In this document: piece after piece, positions 26,082-40,145 of the stretch
How positions within the stretch are numbered: the stretch's first letter is position 1
Layout of the letters: each line of letters starts with the position of its first letter
The notes under the pieces: model-generated
Seen by the model: the letters and a program-made list of their open reading frames with translations, nothing else
Databases searched by the model: none
Told to the model about the DNA's origin: nothing
Made by a program: the position numbers and the translations under genes
Assembly (NCBI GenBank): GCA_964016885.1
Contig: OZ024745.1
Coordinates: 133,548,001 to 133,612,000, forward strand
Reading direction: 5' to 3'
Source of the DNA: Eledone cirrhosa
Lineage: Eukaryota
Length of the DNA: 64,000 bases

Positions 26082-26744
26082 TACCTCCTTAACCTCTGTA
26101 TTAACTCGCCCACTATTTAGCTTTGACAGTGTTGTCCCATTCATGTATATTATTGAAGATGAAAAGAAAGACTGTAAACACCGGCTTATCTTTAAAAATT
26201 GATACAATACACCCTACGACACTCCGTACATGCCAAACTTATACTTCTGCTTCATGTCAGCTAGTTTTACGCGGAAATCTTAGATACACTATACCCTCCA
26301 CCTAATGTAATGTCAGGGTCTCCTCAAATAATTTATTAATAGCATTGTTGTAATTGTTGTTATTGTTCTAACTGAATGCCATTACTACTTCATATAGTAG
26401 CCTGTATATTCCTTTCATGCCTGTATATTCTCTTCATTCTCGCATGCTCCGAAGAACTGACTGGTTATAATTTTGTATTGGCGATCGAGTAACGTGAAAA
26501 CAAGCGAATAGCGATCTCTAGACCTACCAGTTCAGAGAAACAATTGTCAGCAATGAGATCTTCTTTCCTGATTTATTATTACTCCAAGTGTTTACAACAT
26601 AGGAATTACAGCATACTCGCAACATCACTATGAAATCGCCTTGTTGAGTCAAACCAAGCCAAGCGTTGATATCATCCACTACCCGGAATACCATAACTAG
26701 ACTACACCTAAGTGGACTACATATAACTATTATTTGTTACCCCG

Positions 26745-26776
<32 letters not shown>

Positions 26777-28092
26777 CATACACACATTTATATACATATA
26801 TATATATATATGTGTGTGTGTGTGGTATGTGGGGAGTGTGTGTCTGGGTGTATAATGGATAATTATACACATACACACATTCTTTATATATATCAGCTCT
26901 GCATTAACCCTACTATATCGAGCTTCAAAACTTCTGATTAAGTTTATACCCAATAACAGCAACACTGTTATTATCAAAGTTATATATGTATGTAGTTACA
27001 TATCTGTAAACAGATTTATATATTAATAAAAAAAAACGACGATTATCACTTCAGTAAAAAACATTTTTTTTAAAAGTTCATAATTTGAATCTGGTGTTTT
27101 TCATCATTTACTGGGATTATCAATATATAGATTTAAAGGGTACTCAAACTAGAAGTTCCATACGTTTATTTTCGCATCTCTTTCAGTGGGGCTGTTATGG
27201 ATTAATTTCGGAATTAACGTCTTTATAAAATATTTGTTCATTTTTGTTATTACTTAGGGTCATTCCTTGAAAATTTAGAAAAATAAAATATTCTGAAATT
27301 GCCTTTCCAACAAATGTCTAAATGTTTGCGTTGAGACGATTGTGCTTAGTTCCTATTGTAGGTAAATGTTTCTGTGAAGACCAGCCTTTCAGCGTCTTCT
27401 CTCCAGGCCACCGATATGTTCCAAGGGGAACAGTACAGTACAGCATCTCTATCTCTCACACACACACACATACAAACACCTACACACACACACACACCTA
27501 CAGGTACACACCCCTACACACGCACGCACACAAACACACAATATATGCACGTACATACACACACTCACACATAGAATCACATACACGCACGAATACAAGA
27601 ATATGCAGAATGTTCGATTCTTTCAATATTGTTAACTGAATCAATATATACTACAATTTGTAATGAAATAACTAGCTGTATGTATATAAATGTGTGTGCG
27701 TGCATGACGACGTGTATATATAAATATATATATATATATATAATTGAAAAAGTGAAGAATAACAAAAAAGGGATTTATTTATAGTCTGACAATTATTTCA
27801 CTGATTAATTTGTCTAAAAATTGCTGAACACTTGAAGCTGTGCCACTCAATTTCAAATATAATTATTAGACTGTAAATAAATCCCTTTTTTTGTACTGTT
27901 GACCATGTTATTCTTCACTTTTTCAATTGTATTACTCCAAGATAAACTTACATAGGAATACACGTGAAATCATAAACTTGTCATCTACGTAAACCTGTTG
28001 TTGAGTCAAACAACGCCGTACGCTAAATCTATCCATAATACGAAGTATTCACAGCCTCTAACTGGATTACATATAAGGATATTTTGTTATCC

Positions 28093-28147
<55 letters not shown>

Positions 28148-28192
28148 GGATTAACAAATAATAGTTAAATGCAGTCCACTTAGGTGGACTGC

Positions 28193-28262
<70 letters not shown>

Positions 28263-28832
28263 ATATATAATATGTATTTGCTCTTATATATTTGATATAT
28301 ATTTATCCTTATCGAGCAATCTTTGGATTTTAGTCTTCACATTTATTATTATTACTATATATATATATATATTTATATCATTCACACACGATAGTGTGTG
28401 AATAATATTCTTAAGGTCAACTTTTTTCCCAGCGACAGCTACTTCTAGGACTTGTCACTAATTCAGTTCTCAACCAAATTTGATCAGGTCTTTTGCACTA
28501 GAATGGACTCATCCCAGTCTATATTTTGCTATAAGGGTCAGTAAATAAAAAGTTACGCTAAAATATGTGTGGTCAAGTACTGGAGGATAAGGCCCCTCAT
28601 TGACTTTGACTCATCATCACTTTTTAAATTTCGAATATAATTTCATGTTACCTATCTCAGTAGATAGAAGTCGATAAGCTGAATCGAAATTTGTCATTAT
28701 TGAAAAGATTGGTGTCATAGAAATCGAGTTGTGTGACTTTAAGTGACGAAATCAGATGAAGAGTAACGCTAAGGGACATAGCTCTAGTATAAATCCATCT
28801 TAGCTGTACTAAGTAGTTTCCCTTAATTATAG

Positions 28833-29900
28833 TTATTCACAAAAGGCTTGATGAATTTTTTGGAGATCCCCCAAAAATGCCATATCCTTTTGGAAAAATG
28901 AATCTTCTTTTGTTTGGTGATTTGATGCAATTGCCACCTGTAAATGAAAAACCAGTATTTTCTAGAATTTCATCATTTGATGCCAAAAGAACAGAAATCG
29001 GCATTAGTGGGCATTCATTGTGGAAACACTTTCAATATGATGAGCTAACCATTAATATAAGACAAATAGAAGACAAAGACAACTATGTTGATATTTTGGG
29101 AAGAATTAGGATTGGTTCCCCATCAGACTCTGATATTAGCATTCTTCAAAAAAGATGCCTATTTCCTGATAGAAAAGCATCTGTTGAAGAAATTGCTAAA
29201 AAAATTGATTGAATTGTATTCTATTCCTGAATTAAAATTTGTATGCATTTTACCTTTGGGTGAAGCTGTTGATGAGTTGAATAATGCAACATAAATGCAG
29301 TGAAACTTGCTGCAAAAGATTCTGGTATGAGACAAGTAAATGGAAGAAAAAAGAAAATTGTTGAAAAAGGTAAAAACAAGAAAACTTCTGATTCTGTTGG
29401 ACTAGAAACTTTGCTAAATGTTGGAATTGGAGCAAGAGTGATGTTGAAATGAAACATTGATGTAGATCAAGGCTTATGCAATGGTGTTATTGGAACAGTT
29501 ATTGAATTAATTGAGAATGGAAGCAATGTTGACAAAATTTTGGCGTCTTTTGATACCAAAAAGGACAAACCCATTTTCATTGGAAAAGTTCAAGCAGACT
29601 ATGAAATTTCTCCTGGTGTTTTTGTCACCAGAACACAATTTCCATTGTCTCTTGCTTACTCTATAACAATTAACAAATCACAAGGAATTTCTGTGGATGG
29701 AATAATTGCTGATTTAGGAAATCAGATATTTTCTGATGGTCAAGCTTAAGTGGCAGAAAATTTTGCAATGTGTATCTCTGTGACTTTGATCCAAGATCAT
29801 TGATCATGGTTGACAAATCTGCATGGGAAGAGTACAACAAACTTCGGGCTAGTACTGGAAGAGCAGATTTGCCTCCATTGCCACTTTGCAGGAAAAAGCA
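28833..29900 (+). pseudogene. Helitron/Helentron-type Pif1 helicase, C-terminal half, decayed
   Basis: Motifs PFGKMNLLLFGDLMQLPPV, LTINIRQ, ILGRIRIG, GARVML, GLCNG, RTQFPLSLAYSITINKSQG and GQA*VA. Intronless, with stops. Confidence 0.85.
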
Positions 29901-30019
29901 TCCTTGCATGGCAAATGCTTCTAGCATGCCCAATAAAAGAACTAAAAGACTTAATTTGGAAGAAAATTCAAACTAACCTGCCAAAAAGTAGAAAAGAAAT
30001 GAAAACAGCCAAACTTTAA

Positions 30020-30880
30020 TCCCTAAACATCAATTGATCAACCAAAGAAATGCTTGTTTTGCAAATTCAGTTGTGCAATCACTGAATCAATTGCCTGAAT
30101 TTGTAGAGTATTTGCATAATTTTAACAACATGAATGGAGTACATCAAGAATTAAGCAATATCATTTTTAATAATCATAATAATGTCTCTAACTTAAGAAG
30201 AATAATTGGAGGAAGATTTCATGATGGAAATCAGCAATATGCTCATGAATTTTGGAAAGAACTCTCTCTACATTTGGACTTGGTATTTAGAGAAAAACTT
30301 CAAATTATTCAAACTGATCATACTAGATGCATCCGATTGCATCAAGCAAATTACCAAGCTTTAAATAACAATGTTTGCAATTGTAATTCAAGACCTGGAT
30401 GTGGTATAGAATCTGAACTCTCATTTCAAATAAAAGAGGATTTGATATTAAATCCTATTAATGGCACACAACAATTTAAATCTCTACTTTCAACAACAAA
30501 TACTTTGACTTTATACTGTGATACTTGTTCTGAAAATACTGAGCATCAAATAACTTCAAGAATTGAATTTACTAACGATTTCAAATATCTTGTCATCTCA
30601 ATTAGTAGATTTTTTTTATTAATAATGAAGGAGAACAAAGAATTAATTGTGATATTATGAACTTTAGCTCAAAAAAGCAGCAAATATATGGCCCAAATTT
30701 CACATTAAAAGCTGCTATTCTTCATGAAGGAGCATCATCTACGGCAGGCCATTATACTTGTCTGGTAAAAAGTGGTGCTGAAAATTGGGATGAAATTAGT
30801 GACAACATTATCAAATGAAGGCACAATAAATTTCCTCCTAAGTTACCTAATGTGGTTGTATTGTTAATGGAAAAAATTTC
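30020..30880 (+). pseudogene. Ubiquitin-specific protease (peptidase C19) domain downstream of the helicase
   Basis: Cys box LINQRNACFANSVVQSL, QQYAHEF, CDTC. After a frameshift, His box LKAAILHEGASSTAGHYTCLVK..WDEISD (~30705-30805). Confidence 0.8.
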
Positions 30881-30899
30881 GATTTTTGATTTTGAACTA

Positions 30900-31110
30900 T
30901 TGATCTTGGACTACCAACTTATAATTAGGACTACTGTTAATTCTGGACTACTTCATTTTGTTTTGGACTACTTGCTGATTATTTGGGACTAAATCCTGAT
31001 TCTGGACTACTTAATTTTATTTTTGACTACTTACTGCTTATTTTGGACTAAATGCTGATTTTCGACTACATAATTTTATTTTGGACTAACTGCTAATTAT
31101 GGACAAATTA
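30900..31110 (+). repeat. Degenerate minisatellite (ttttggactac-like unit) in the Helitron 3' region
   Basis: About 10 recurrences of ggacta/gacta with ~19-20 bp spacing. Confidence 0.7.
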
Positions 31111-31511
31111 TTGTTGAATTCGAGCTCACTGTTTATTGCCATTTTATTTATTTACTACTTAATTTTATTTATTTTTGACTCAGTCATTTTAATTGCTTAT
31201 TTTTCTAGAATATTTAATAACTTCACTTGTTAAGTTAAACTCTAAATTGATCATTAGAGTATAGTCAATTATAGCTTTGTCTCTATGCGCACACCTGAAG
31301 GCTGTTCAGAAAAGGGTGTTCAGAAAAGGCAAATTTCTCTATTGATTATATTCTACAAAATACCTTTTCAATTTTAATATTTTGGATTTTATAGATATAT
31401 TGAAATGAAAAATTAATTTTTATTGATAAAAAAAGGATTGTAAATGCCTTAGCAAATGGTCAAGGTAATTTAAATAAAATAATTTGCTGCAATGCCTTAA
31501 AAAAAGGGGGA

Positions 31512-32564
31512 CTAGACCGAAAATTGCGGGCGCATGTGTATTAATATTCTTAAATAATAATAAACCTGGAAAAGTACAGGACAAGTAGAATTAACTCTTA
31601 AAATATTGAAGCTAGAATTTGAATTTGATGAATTAAATGTACAATAATAAGCCTATGACATCACACTTACTCACAAGGAGGTGAAGGTTGTTAAGATGGC
31701 ATGGAACAGGACGTTTCGGTGCAGGCATTTCTGTGCCAGCTGTTCGGCACTAGCTCTTTCATGGATACATTTAGAATAACACAAGAATGACCTAAAGACA
31801 ACCAAGATGATTTTTTACGTTAATTATTAATTAAATAATTAGAAACGATCTTGAAATCGCCTTGATTCATTGGGAACGGCCTAGTTAATCTTTGGTGCTA
31901 ATCTCTAAAAGATAGTCTCTGCTTTCCTCATAAGAAAGGAACAGTAATCTAGATTATCAATCAGAATGATATCGCACTTGATCACTAAATTTTCTTTTTG
32001 AAATACAGTTGACATCTCTAATTGTCACTCAAGGGAACTGTAAAAATGACTGTCAATTAGGGAGAGACATAAAAAGTAAAAGTTGGGCCAAAAATGGCGC
32101 TGACAATTACGGAGAGTCAACTGTAATTCGATCCAGACAAATTTTGGCTTAACTTTTTTTAAAATGTAAAATTTAGCTCATTACGTTTTACTATTAATTT
32201 CAATTAATTTTTAATGTCAATTTTTAATGTCAATTCTTAAAGTAATACAAAAGGGACAAAAAAAGTGACAACTTAAATGAACTGACAATTTATGTACAAA
32301 AGATTGATGACGTTAATTGCATTTGGTTGGCAAAATGGTGATTGCTGACTTAGGCAAACTGATAACTTAATATCTAATAAATCCCCTAATTCATTATTAT
32401 TTCTTATTATCTCTTGGCATTGCTAATTTTACTGTATATTTAATTCATCAAATTCAAATTCCAGCTTCAATATTTTAAGAGTTAATTCTACTTGTCCTGT
32501 ACTTTTCCAGGTTTATTATTATTTAAGAATATTAATACACATGCGCCCGCACTTTTCGGTCTAG
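31512..32564. mobile_element. ~1.05-kb non-autonomous element with ~130-bp terminal inverted repeats
   Basis: ctagaccgaaaattgcgggcgcatgtgtatt..gatgaattaaat (31512-31638) is inverted at ~32438-32564. Confidence 0.8.
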
Positions 32565-32565
32565 C

Positions 32566-32601
<36 letters not shown>

Positions 32602-32699
32602 TCCCATTCGTAGAAGTAAAACACTTCATGTACTAAGATATATTTAGGGTTCCTTAGCATGAAATTGTTATTCTCAATCTGCACCATATTTCGCCTAAT

Positions 32700-32935
32700 A
32701 TATACATATATCTATATACATATCTCTATATACATATATCTATATACATATTTCTATATACATATATCTATATACATATATCTATATACATATTTCTATA
32801 TACATATATCAATATACATATATCTATATACATATTTCTATATACATATTTCTATATACATATATCTATATACATATTTCTATATACATATATCTATATA
32901 CATATATCTATATACATATTTCTATATACATATAC
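32700..32935. repeat. 12/24-bp AT-rich minisatellite (tatacatatatc/tatacatatttc)
   Basis: Read directly. Confidence 0.9.
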
Positions 32936-33885
32936 GCATAAACATTTATGCATAACCATAAATACAGGCTCATTCACAGACACGTATATATCTAGGATAA
33001 TGTTTAATTTTGAAGACGGAGGAGTGAAAGAGAATATTACATGTAGTGCAAAATACCTATAATATTTATTAGGCGAGGATTTGACTCAATTTACACAAGG
33101 GCGTAGCTTTGGTTTCCACACCATTCGTCAAACTAATGCCTTCGAAAGATACTACAATCAACTAATAAAATATTAATATATTTGTGAGTGTCACACGGGC
33201 ACCACTTTGGATGTATATGTGTATAATGTTCGTAATAAAATTCAGTAAAGATAGTTAATTACTTATTATATATTCACATAGTGATATGAAATTCGTTGTC
33301 TTTTACTCTCATATCAGTGTCGACACAATGGGATGCATTTCCCAGCTTATAGTGAATATATGAGGGCCGCTTTGTCGTCATAATTAAATTTTCATAAATA
33401 TATTATATAGCTTATCAGAACCGTTATTTGTATTCCACTGACGCTGTCGATGAAAGATTGGTAATTATGAAGATGAATCTAAAAGCAACTAATTTAATTA
33501 ATCTGTAAATTAGTATCAATATCTCATACTCCGATTCTTTGTAAGTAATACTATATAGGAAGTATATACATCATTAAATTCAAAGCTAATTATGTGTACA
33601 TGAAAAGATATTTGGTAATATTTCTCGATTCATATGACTCTGGCTGTTCCTGTGCCGTTGTATTTCATTATAATTCTCATATCTCTGGCACTTCAGACCA
33701 TACATCTAATTTTCATATTTAACGTGGAGATATTACAAGTGGGTTATATTGCAACTTGACATAAATGGATTTAGCAATTTAGTTATGAAATGATAAAATT
33801 ATATTACTGTAATCTCCTAAAATATAATAATTATGAATGTATTTACCACAGTGTGTTCAAGAATACCTGTTCTCCGTGCACAGAC

Positions 33886-33957
<72 letters not shown>

Positions 33958-34857
33958 TGAGACAGTAAACAAAAAACAAAAAAACAACGTGGAAGCGAAT
34001 AGGCAGTACAAATGTTAATATTAGTTTCACGCTTGAGAGTATATATATATATATATATATAAGAGATATTTAATTTGTTGGAAATCCAACAAATATAGAT
34101 GTTTACAACTGATTCAAACCACTCGACAGTTATCTGACATCCCTCGTAACTCATATTATAAACAAACTATCCTTTAAAAAACACATATGCTATTATTAAA
34201 ATACATATATAGATATTTATATATTATTATAAGATAAATAATTCTCCATATATAGATAAATGTCTGAATATATTTTCCCTAAATTAACGTTCAAGTGCTC
34301 TTCCTTTTCCTTTTTCTTTCTTCTTTAACAATTTTAGTTTGATAATTTATATAGCTTCGTTAAATTAACAATATTCTGAAAACATTCTAAATGTTGAAAA
34401 TTTTTGAATCCACAAATTATTCTAATCTCACAAATTTTCAACATCCTTCGTAACTCATATTTGTTTATATAAACAATCAATGCATACGCAACTTATTAAT
34501 ATATATAGAGAGATATTTATATACATATAACCTATCCTAATGTAATAAGATAAAAAATACTTACAACCATAATTCTTCATATTTTATAACTCATAATATA
34601 GGTAACAAAACTCTTTTCCCCCAAATTAACGTTATTCTTTTCTCTTTCTTTTCTTTACTTATCATAAATATTAAAATTTTCCATAGCGTCTAAAATAACG
34701 TTTTTTTCAGCCCTTTAATATACACATCATTTGCATAATCATATTAATAATTTTAAATATCTGACTTTTCTCCTCTCTTCCATTCACTTTCCAGGGATAA
34801 TTTGAACCGTTAAGGTATATCATACTTGGTCATGTCAAATATTTATAAAACATTTTG

Positions 34858-34919
34858 TATTTTATCTGATGATAGCGTACCAACAGTTTTGGTACCCTTG
34901 AAATATATATAATAGAATA
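34858..34919 (+). ncRNA. Type I hammerhead ribozyme (family D)
   Basis: UAUUUUAU CUGAUGA UAGCGUACCAA-CAGUU-UUGGUACCCUU GAAA UAUAUA UA/AUAGAAUA. Confidence 0.8.
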
Positions 34920-34989
34920 AATATGGTTTTATAAATATAGTTTCCATTTATTTAATATCAATTGTATATATATATATATATATATATAT

Positions 34990-35914
34990 AGTATTAGTTA
35001 TACTATTTATGGTTATGTAAACACAAAACCTTAAGCAGTTGTAAGTATTTTACACACACCCTAAATAGTGGTAGGCAGTAATGTATTACTACCTTATTAC
35101 CAGTAAGTTAAGTAGCTCAATGTAAAAACATCAGATGATTTACAGAGCAGTTATATGAAATATAAGAATCAAAGAACTGTTCAAAACATTATTGTGCTTA
35201 CAGCTGTTTCCTCCAAACCGAGGTTTGGATTCTTCGGAGCAATTTATTAATGCATGGACAGTTATATGACCTCCTTTTCAGCCGAGAGACATACCAATAC
35301 ATATTCAAACATTGATACATATTCAAACATTGTGGGTCAACATTCATTACAAAATTTAGAGTGGCAGTACACACTTCGAGATTACATTTATATTAATAGG
35401 TACAATCAAAAATCAAAGATATAGGTTAAAGTACAACATGAAGATAAGTGGTTATATGGTGCAAATGTTATATGTGTGGCACGCATGTGCGTCTTGTTTA
35501 TATAGTGTGGCAGAGAGATATGTGTGGTAGAGGCACTTAGGTAGGTAAATAAGAGTGTTAGGTTGGTAGATCTGGTGGCAAAGTCTTTATATGATTGATG
35601 TAGTCTGTGTGTGGAGAAATATTATAAGTATTAAAGATAGTGCAAGCATTAAAAGTGTTATAAGTATTGGAGATGCACAACGCAGGGATGTCAAGTAATT
35701 CATGTACTTCGGCATTTTCATGGTCAAGGGAGTGTATATTTCGATTATATGCCTTTCACATAATCCACGACAATCCAGTTAGAGATCGTAGTCTGGTGTT
35801 CTTTAGTTCGATACAGGAGGTTGTTACGTTTCGAGAGACGCCATTGAATACCGGAAGTGTGTGTGTGGCTAAGGGGAGTTAATGCATGCGGGGAGGTAAC
35901 TCTGGGGTTTCTAT

Positions 35915-35915
<1 letters not shown>
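34990..35915 (-). mobile_element. Penelope-like element 3' remnant (decayed GIY-YIG tail and hammerhead-bearing terminal region) between (TA)n tracts
   Basis: Minus-strand LYRTKEH and LDHENAEV resemble a GIY-YIG C-terminus. A hammerhead lies at 35195-35241. Confidence 0.55.
35195..35241 (-). ncRNA. Type I hammerhead ribozyme with U4C core variant (family E)
   Basis: UGCU CCGAAGA A-UCCAAAC-CUCG-GUUUGGA-G GAAA CAGCUG UA/AGCA. Confidence 0.75.
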
Positions 35916-35989
<74 letters not shown>

Positions 35990-36399
35990 ATATATATATA
36001 TATATATATAAATAGGAACGAGTAGGACCCCGACGGCTGAGCTCAAGCCGTTTCGACGGCTAATTCTGGACTGCTAATTCTGGTTCCTTACCACATTTCC
36101 TTCGTTATATATAAATATATATATATATGTATATGTGTGTATATATATACAGAGAGGGCGTGATAGAGATAGAGGTATATAGATATATATATATGTGTGT
36201 GCATGTGTGTGTGTGTGTACATTAGGAGTAGTGTGCACCAGATGAGGTTCACTTAAATGACGTTCTTTATTCACGTACCGAATCCATTCCACAGTTTGGT
36301 AACCTGGTGTTATTAAAGTAGTAAAACGTTTTTATCACGGATTCTTTGACCGTCCTCTATCTCCTCTTTATTTCCATGCTGTTCTAGTTCCTCCATTTT

Positions 36400-36620
36400 C
36401 TCTTAAAAAGGCGCTTAAAAAGGTCATGGTGACAAACGTGCAAGCTGCATGATTGGACTTCCACTAATTCTTCAACGTTAAGCACGAAAACTGCGTTGTC
36501 AAATCTAGGGTGCTTGCCGTTTAATGGGCCCGGGTTGCGGAGGCGCGGCATGGCAACAAAGCCACGATCTGGTCTTTGGCGCACCACGACGGGGACATGT
36601 TGTTTAATGCCGACCAGACA
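36400..36620 (+). mobile_element. Old internal fragment of a related Tx1 ORF2
   Basis: aattcttcaacgttaagcacgaaaactgcgttgtcaaatctagggtg and caacaaagccacgatctggtctttgg match the reverse complement of ~14030-14240. Confidence 0.75.
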
Positions 36621-37861
36621 TGTGCGGCCTGCCGTTGCTCTCGGCAACCGAGGTGGTGTGCTGCAAAAAGTGTTCAAATTGAAACCTGTTGGTTCGTTGA
36701 ATATGTATTACCATATTTCCATTATTCACATTCCAAACGACCTAGAGCTTGTTTCGGTTGACAAGTTAAGTTTCTTGGAAACAAACCAAAATAAACAAAG
36801 TAAGTGATTATATTTCTTTTCTGTTTGTTACTTTCTATGTTAGGCTATTTCCTTTTGTACCCCCCCCCCCTCTACATGTATGTGGCTTGAGGAATATAGA
36901 ATAGAATTTTCGAACGCCCGCAGTCGGTTCCCATCTTTCTGAATAACTTTCTATTACATCAACCAAAATAAACTGTATATAATATAAAAGAGATCGGGTA
37001 AGCAAAGGAACGTTCCCATATTGCAAGGAAATCTCTTAATCCAGATATGCACTGGGGAATTACAGTTATTTTCTTTTTAATGAACCTCTATTTTGGGCAA
37101 TAAATACTGCGCTGTTCTTGGCACGGGACAATGATTGTAAAGATACAAGGCCAAGCAATGGTTTTTGGCATGTAATAAATGCATATTTAATGTCCTATTA
37201 CTAACATCGTTTGCAAACCTTCTATTCTGAAACTTTTCCAACTAATTTATTTGACTAGATTATCTACGATAATAATAATTTCAATTTGGAAACTAAGCGT
37301 AAACTGCTGTCGATGTGTTAGGATTTATCAGTGTCTTGTCGAGGCGAAACAATTAGATGTGCATAGCTTTATAGAACCTAATAAACCTTCTTACCTAATG
37401 GTACTGATTTATAGTTTAAAATCCAATAGATATAGACATAATGTGCTGTCTGATGTGCAAAGCATATGTGTTGTGTCTCTTTCCATACTTTTATTAATGT
37501 GTCAGTAACGATGTTTAAGCAATTGAATCGAAATGTTATGAGATGTTTCGCGTATAGAATTCAGCTAAGGTATACTCAACTACCAAAGCTGCCGTTTGAA
37601 TTCCCGTATCAATAAATAAATAAATTGTTTGATATAGTTTATAGCCGAAAGAGTTAATAAGCGTTTCGTTGGCTTAGTAATATTGTGTCGCATATTTCAC
37701 AATTATATTGTCACATACTCAAAGAGGATCCGATATGAATAAACATTAGCAGATTTGTTCATGCGAATGTAAATGGAAATACATGTATATAAGTGTGTGA
37801 TTTTCAACGGAATATGAAATGCTAGAAGTCATGTACTCATTTTTGTCCACAGTATGTTTGT

Positions 37862-38030
37862 ATATCATTATCATCATCGTCGTTTAACGTCTATCTTCCA
37901 CGCTAGTATGGGTTAGATGGAAGTTATTCCACTTGAGGAAAGATTGATCAGATGACCGTGTCTTGCTCGTATAGGACTGTATATGGCCGGTTTCTACGGC
38001 TGGATGCCCTGCCCAATACCAACCACATTT
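37862..38030 (-). mobile_element. Short retroposon remnant with (ATG)n-type tail
   Basis: catcatcgtcgtttaacgtc and tttctacggctggatgccct resemble an RTE-type SINE/LINE 3' end. Confidence 0.5.
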
Positions 38031-38160
38031 ACGTATACTCTACCGATTGTCTTGTTATTTCTGTTTACCTTTTACATACATATATGTATGTATATAAATA
38101 TATATGTGTGTGTGTGTGAGTGTGTTTGTGTTTGTGTGTGTGTGTACGTATGTGTCTGTA

Positions 38161-38229
<69 letters not shown>

Positions 38230-38231
<2 letters not shown>

Positions 38232-39415
38232 TTCTTTAAGTCGTTTGGAAGCCTCGACAATGCAGATGGGTAAATCTCCTGCTAACAAGATCCGGTGGTG
38301 GAGAGAGAGATGTAAGTGAGTCTACGTTGAGATGCGTGGCGTGTATATGACTGTAACGTGTAGATGAATGAAGGAAAGATCGTAAAGGATAAAAATAAAA
38401 ATAACAACACGAGAAAGAGTTACCATGGGAGAGGTTTAATTGTCCATAATATTTCGGATTCACATCCATCAACTGGGATTTTTTCCGGGGGGTGGGAGGT
38501 TGTCTGGCGAAACGTGTCCTCCGCTGTTCGTTGTTTTGAATATCTGAGGTATTCAGCAGAGCGCGCGTGCGCGTGAAATCGGGTCGGTCAGGCAGAGGTC
38601 AGCGGCCGAAGTAGTTCTTTCAATTGTGGGAGTGGGGTGCCGCTAGCTGTCAGTCCATTCTCTGCCTGTTTGGTGAATGTTACTGTGTGTGTGTGTGTGC
38701 GTGTGTTGTTGTCTCGCTTGAGTGTGTGTATGTGTGAGTGTGGTGTTGCCTTGTTCCTCTGTATTAGCAGTGTAATATGTTCGTATGGTGGAATGCTACT
38801 GTGTGTGTGTGTGTGCGTGTGTTGCTGTCTCACTTGTGTGTGTGTGCGTGTGTTGCTGCATCGTTTGTTAACTTAAACCAACCACCTCATTTCGCTTCTC
38901 TCGGATCGGTTGTTTAGTTGTGGCCCTAGGCGTTTGATCCAAAGTGCTTCCTTGATACGTAACGTGCCGATGTTTCTTTTTGTCGCTAGAATTGTGACAA
39001 TGGCCCTTCCGTCTTTGTTTCCGCATTTGGCTATGTGTTTCCGGAAAGACGAGGCCCTGGTTTTAGTGTGTTCCTTGATCCGGATGTGCAACGGCCGGAT
39101 TGTGCTACCTATATAGTATTGGTTGCACTTGTTACATTCTATCTTATACACGACGTATGTGCGTAGGCAACAGTTCGCATGGCGCATCGGACAGTCTCTG
39201 AGGAAGCACGCGTCAGTTGATTTCCAGGGTTTCCTGGAGAGGCATCTTCGCAGGGAGGGGCCCGAGTGGGCCAGGTGGATGTCGAGGCCTTCCCTCCGTA
39301 TAGCCTTGCGGATAGCGTTGGTGGTATTCTCGCCCAGGTGCGACATTTTAAGGAAGCACTTGCCTTGGGTGCCTCTCTGTCTCTTGTGTCTGGTGTCTCC
39401 TACTCTGTCTGTGAG
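38230..39415 (-). mobile_element. Penelope-like element 3' part: GIY-YIG endonuclease (38873-~39400) plus terminal repeat
   Basis: VVYKIECNKCNQYYIGSTIRPLHIRIKEH..IKEALWIK..PQLNNRSE. The 38230-38545 segment is shared with 61165-61770. Confidence 0.88.
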
Positions 39416-39645
39416 CGAGGTATGGTACTCGTTCGTCTCCACATTAAAATATGTTATTTCAATCATATTATACCATAAATCAGCATAAATATATCTTTTA
39501 CAGTCTAACATCCGTATTTTGCAGAGCATTATCAATTCAGAATGTTATTTAGATACACTAATTAAGTCTATTACTATAATGGTTGAGAACGTAGCAAGCA
39601 AAAAATATAGTTACTGTGGCTACCGCCGATTGAACACGGGATATA

Positions 39646-39698
<53 letters not shown>

Positions 39699-39699
39699 A

Positions 39700-40145
39700 A
39701 TAGAATGAAACGAAATTTCATTTCTCACTCTTAGTACGGCACTTACTTAAATGTAAGTATGTATGTATACGTACATACATATATGTATACAGACGTACAG
39801 TAGTATGTATATATATACATACATGCACCACACATATATATATGCACGTATCGGTTTACCGAACATTTATTGTAATACTCGGTTTGTTTGTTTGTAAACA
39901 AACAAACAGCCCTAATTACGCCGTACAGTTTTTAGTCAACCACGTCACCTTTTTGTTCAACACTGACACAGGAATGATGTACTAGTTTCAAGCTTATTAG
40001 CTATCGTTAGCATCGTATACTTTCCTGCCAGATGGTTGAACGTCTGAAAGTATATACTTTCCTTATGCATATTAACGGCTGAGCAGCCTAATTTGCATAT
40101 AGAGTGAGTTCAGTCGGCCGGGCACACCGAAAACGATAAATGAAA
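39700..40145 (-). mobile_element. Single diverged unit of family A, with a degenerate hammerhead (core CUAACGA) at 39973-40017
   Basis: Colinear with the 8711-9667 unit but starts at a different point. Confidence 0.8.

Noticed and set aside
26440-26515. GCT-CCGAAGA...GTGAAA...AGC downstream of the Penelope remnant
   Set aside because: Stems II and III cannot be formed; at best a heavily decayed hammerhead.
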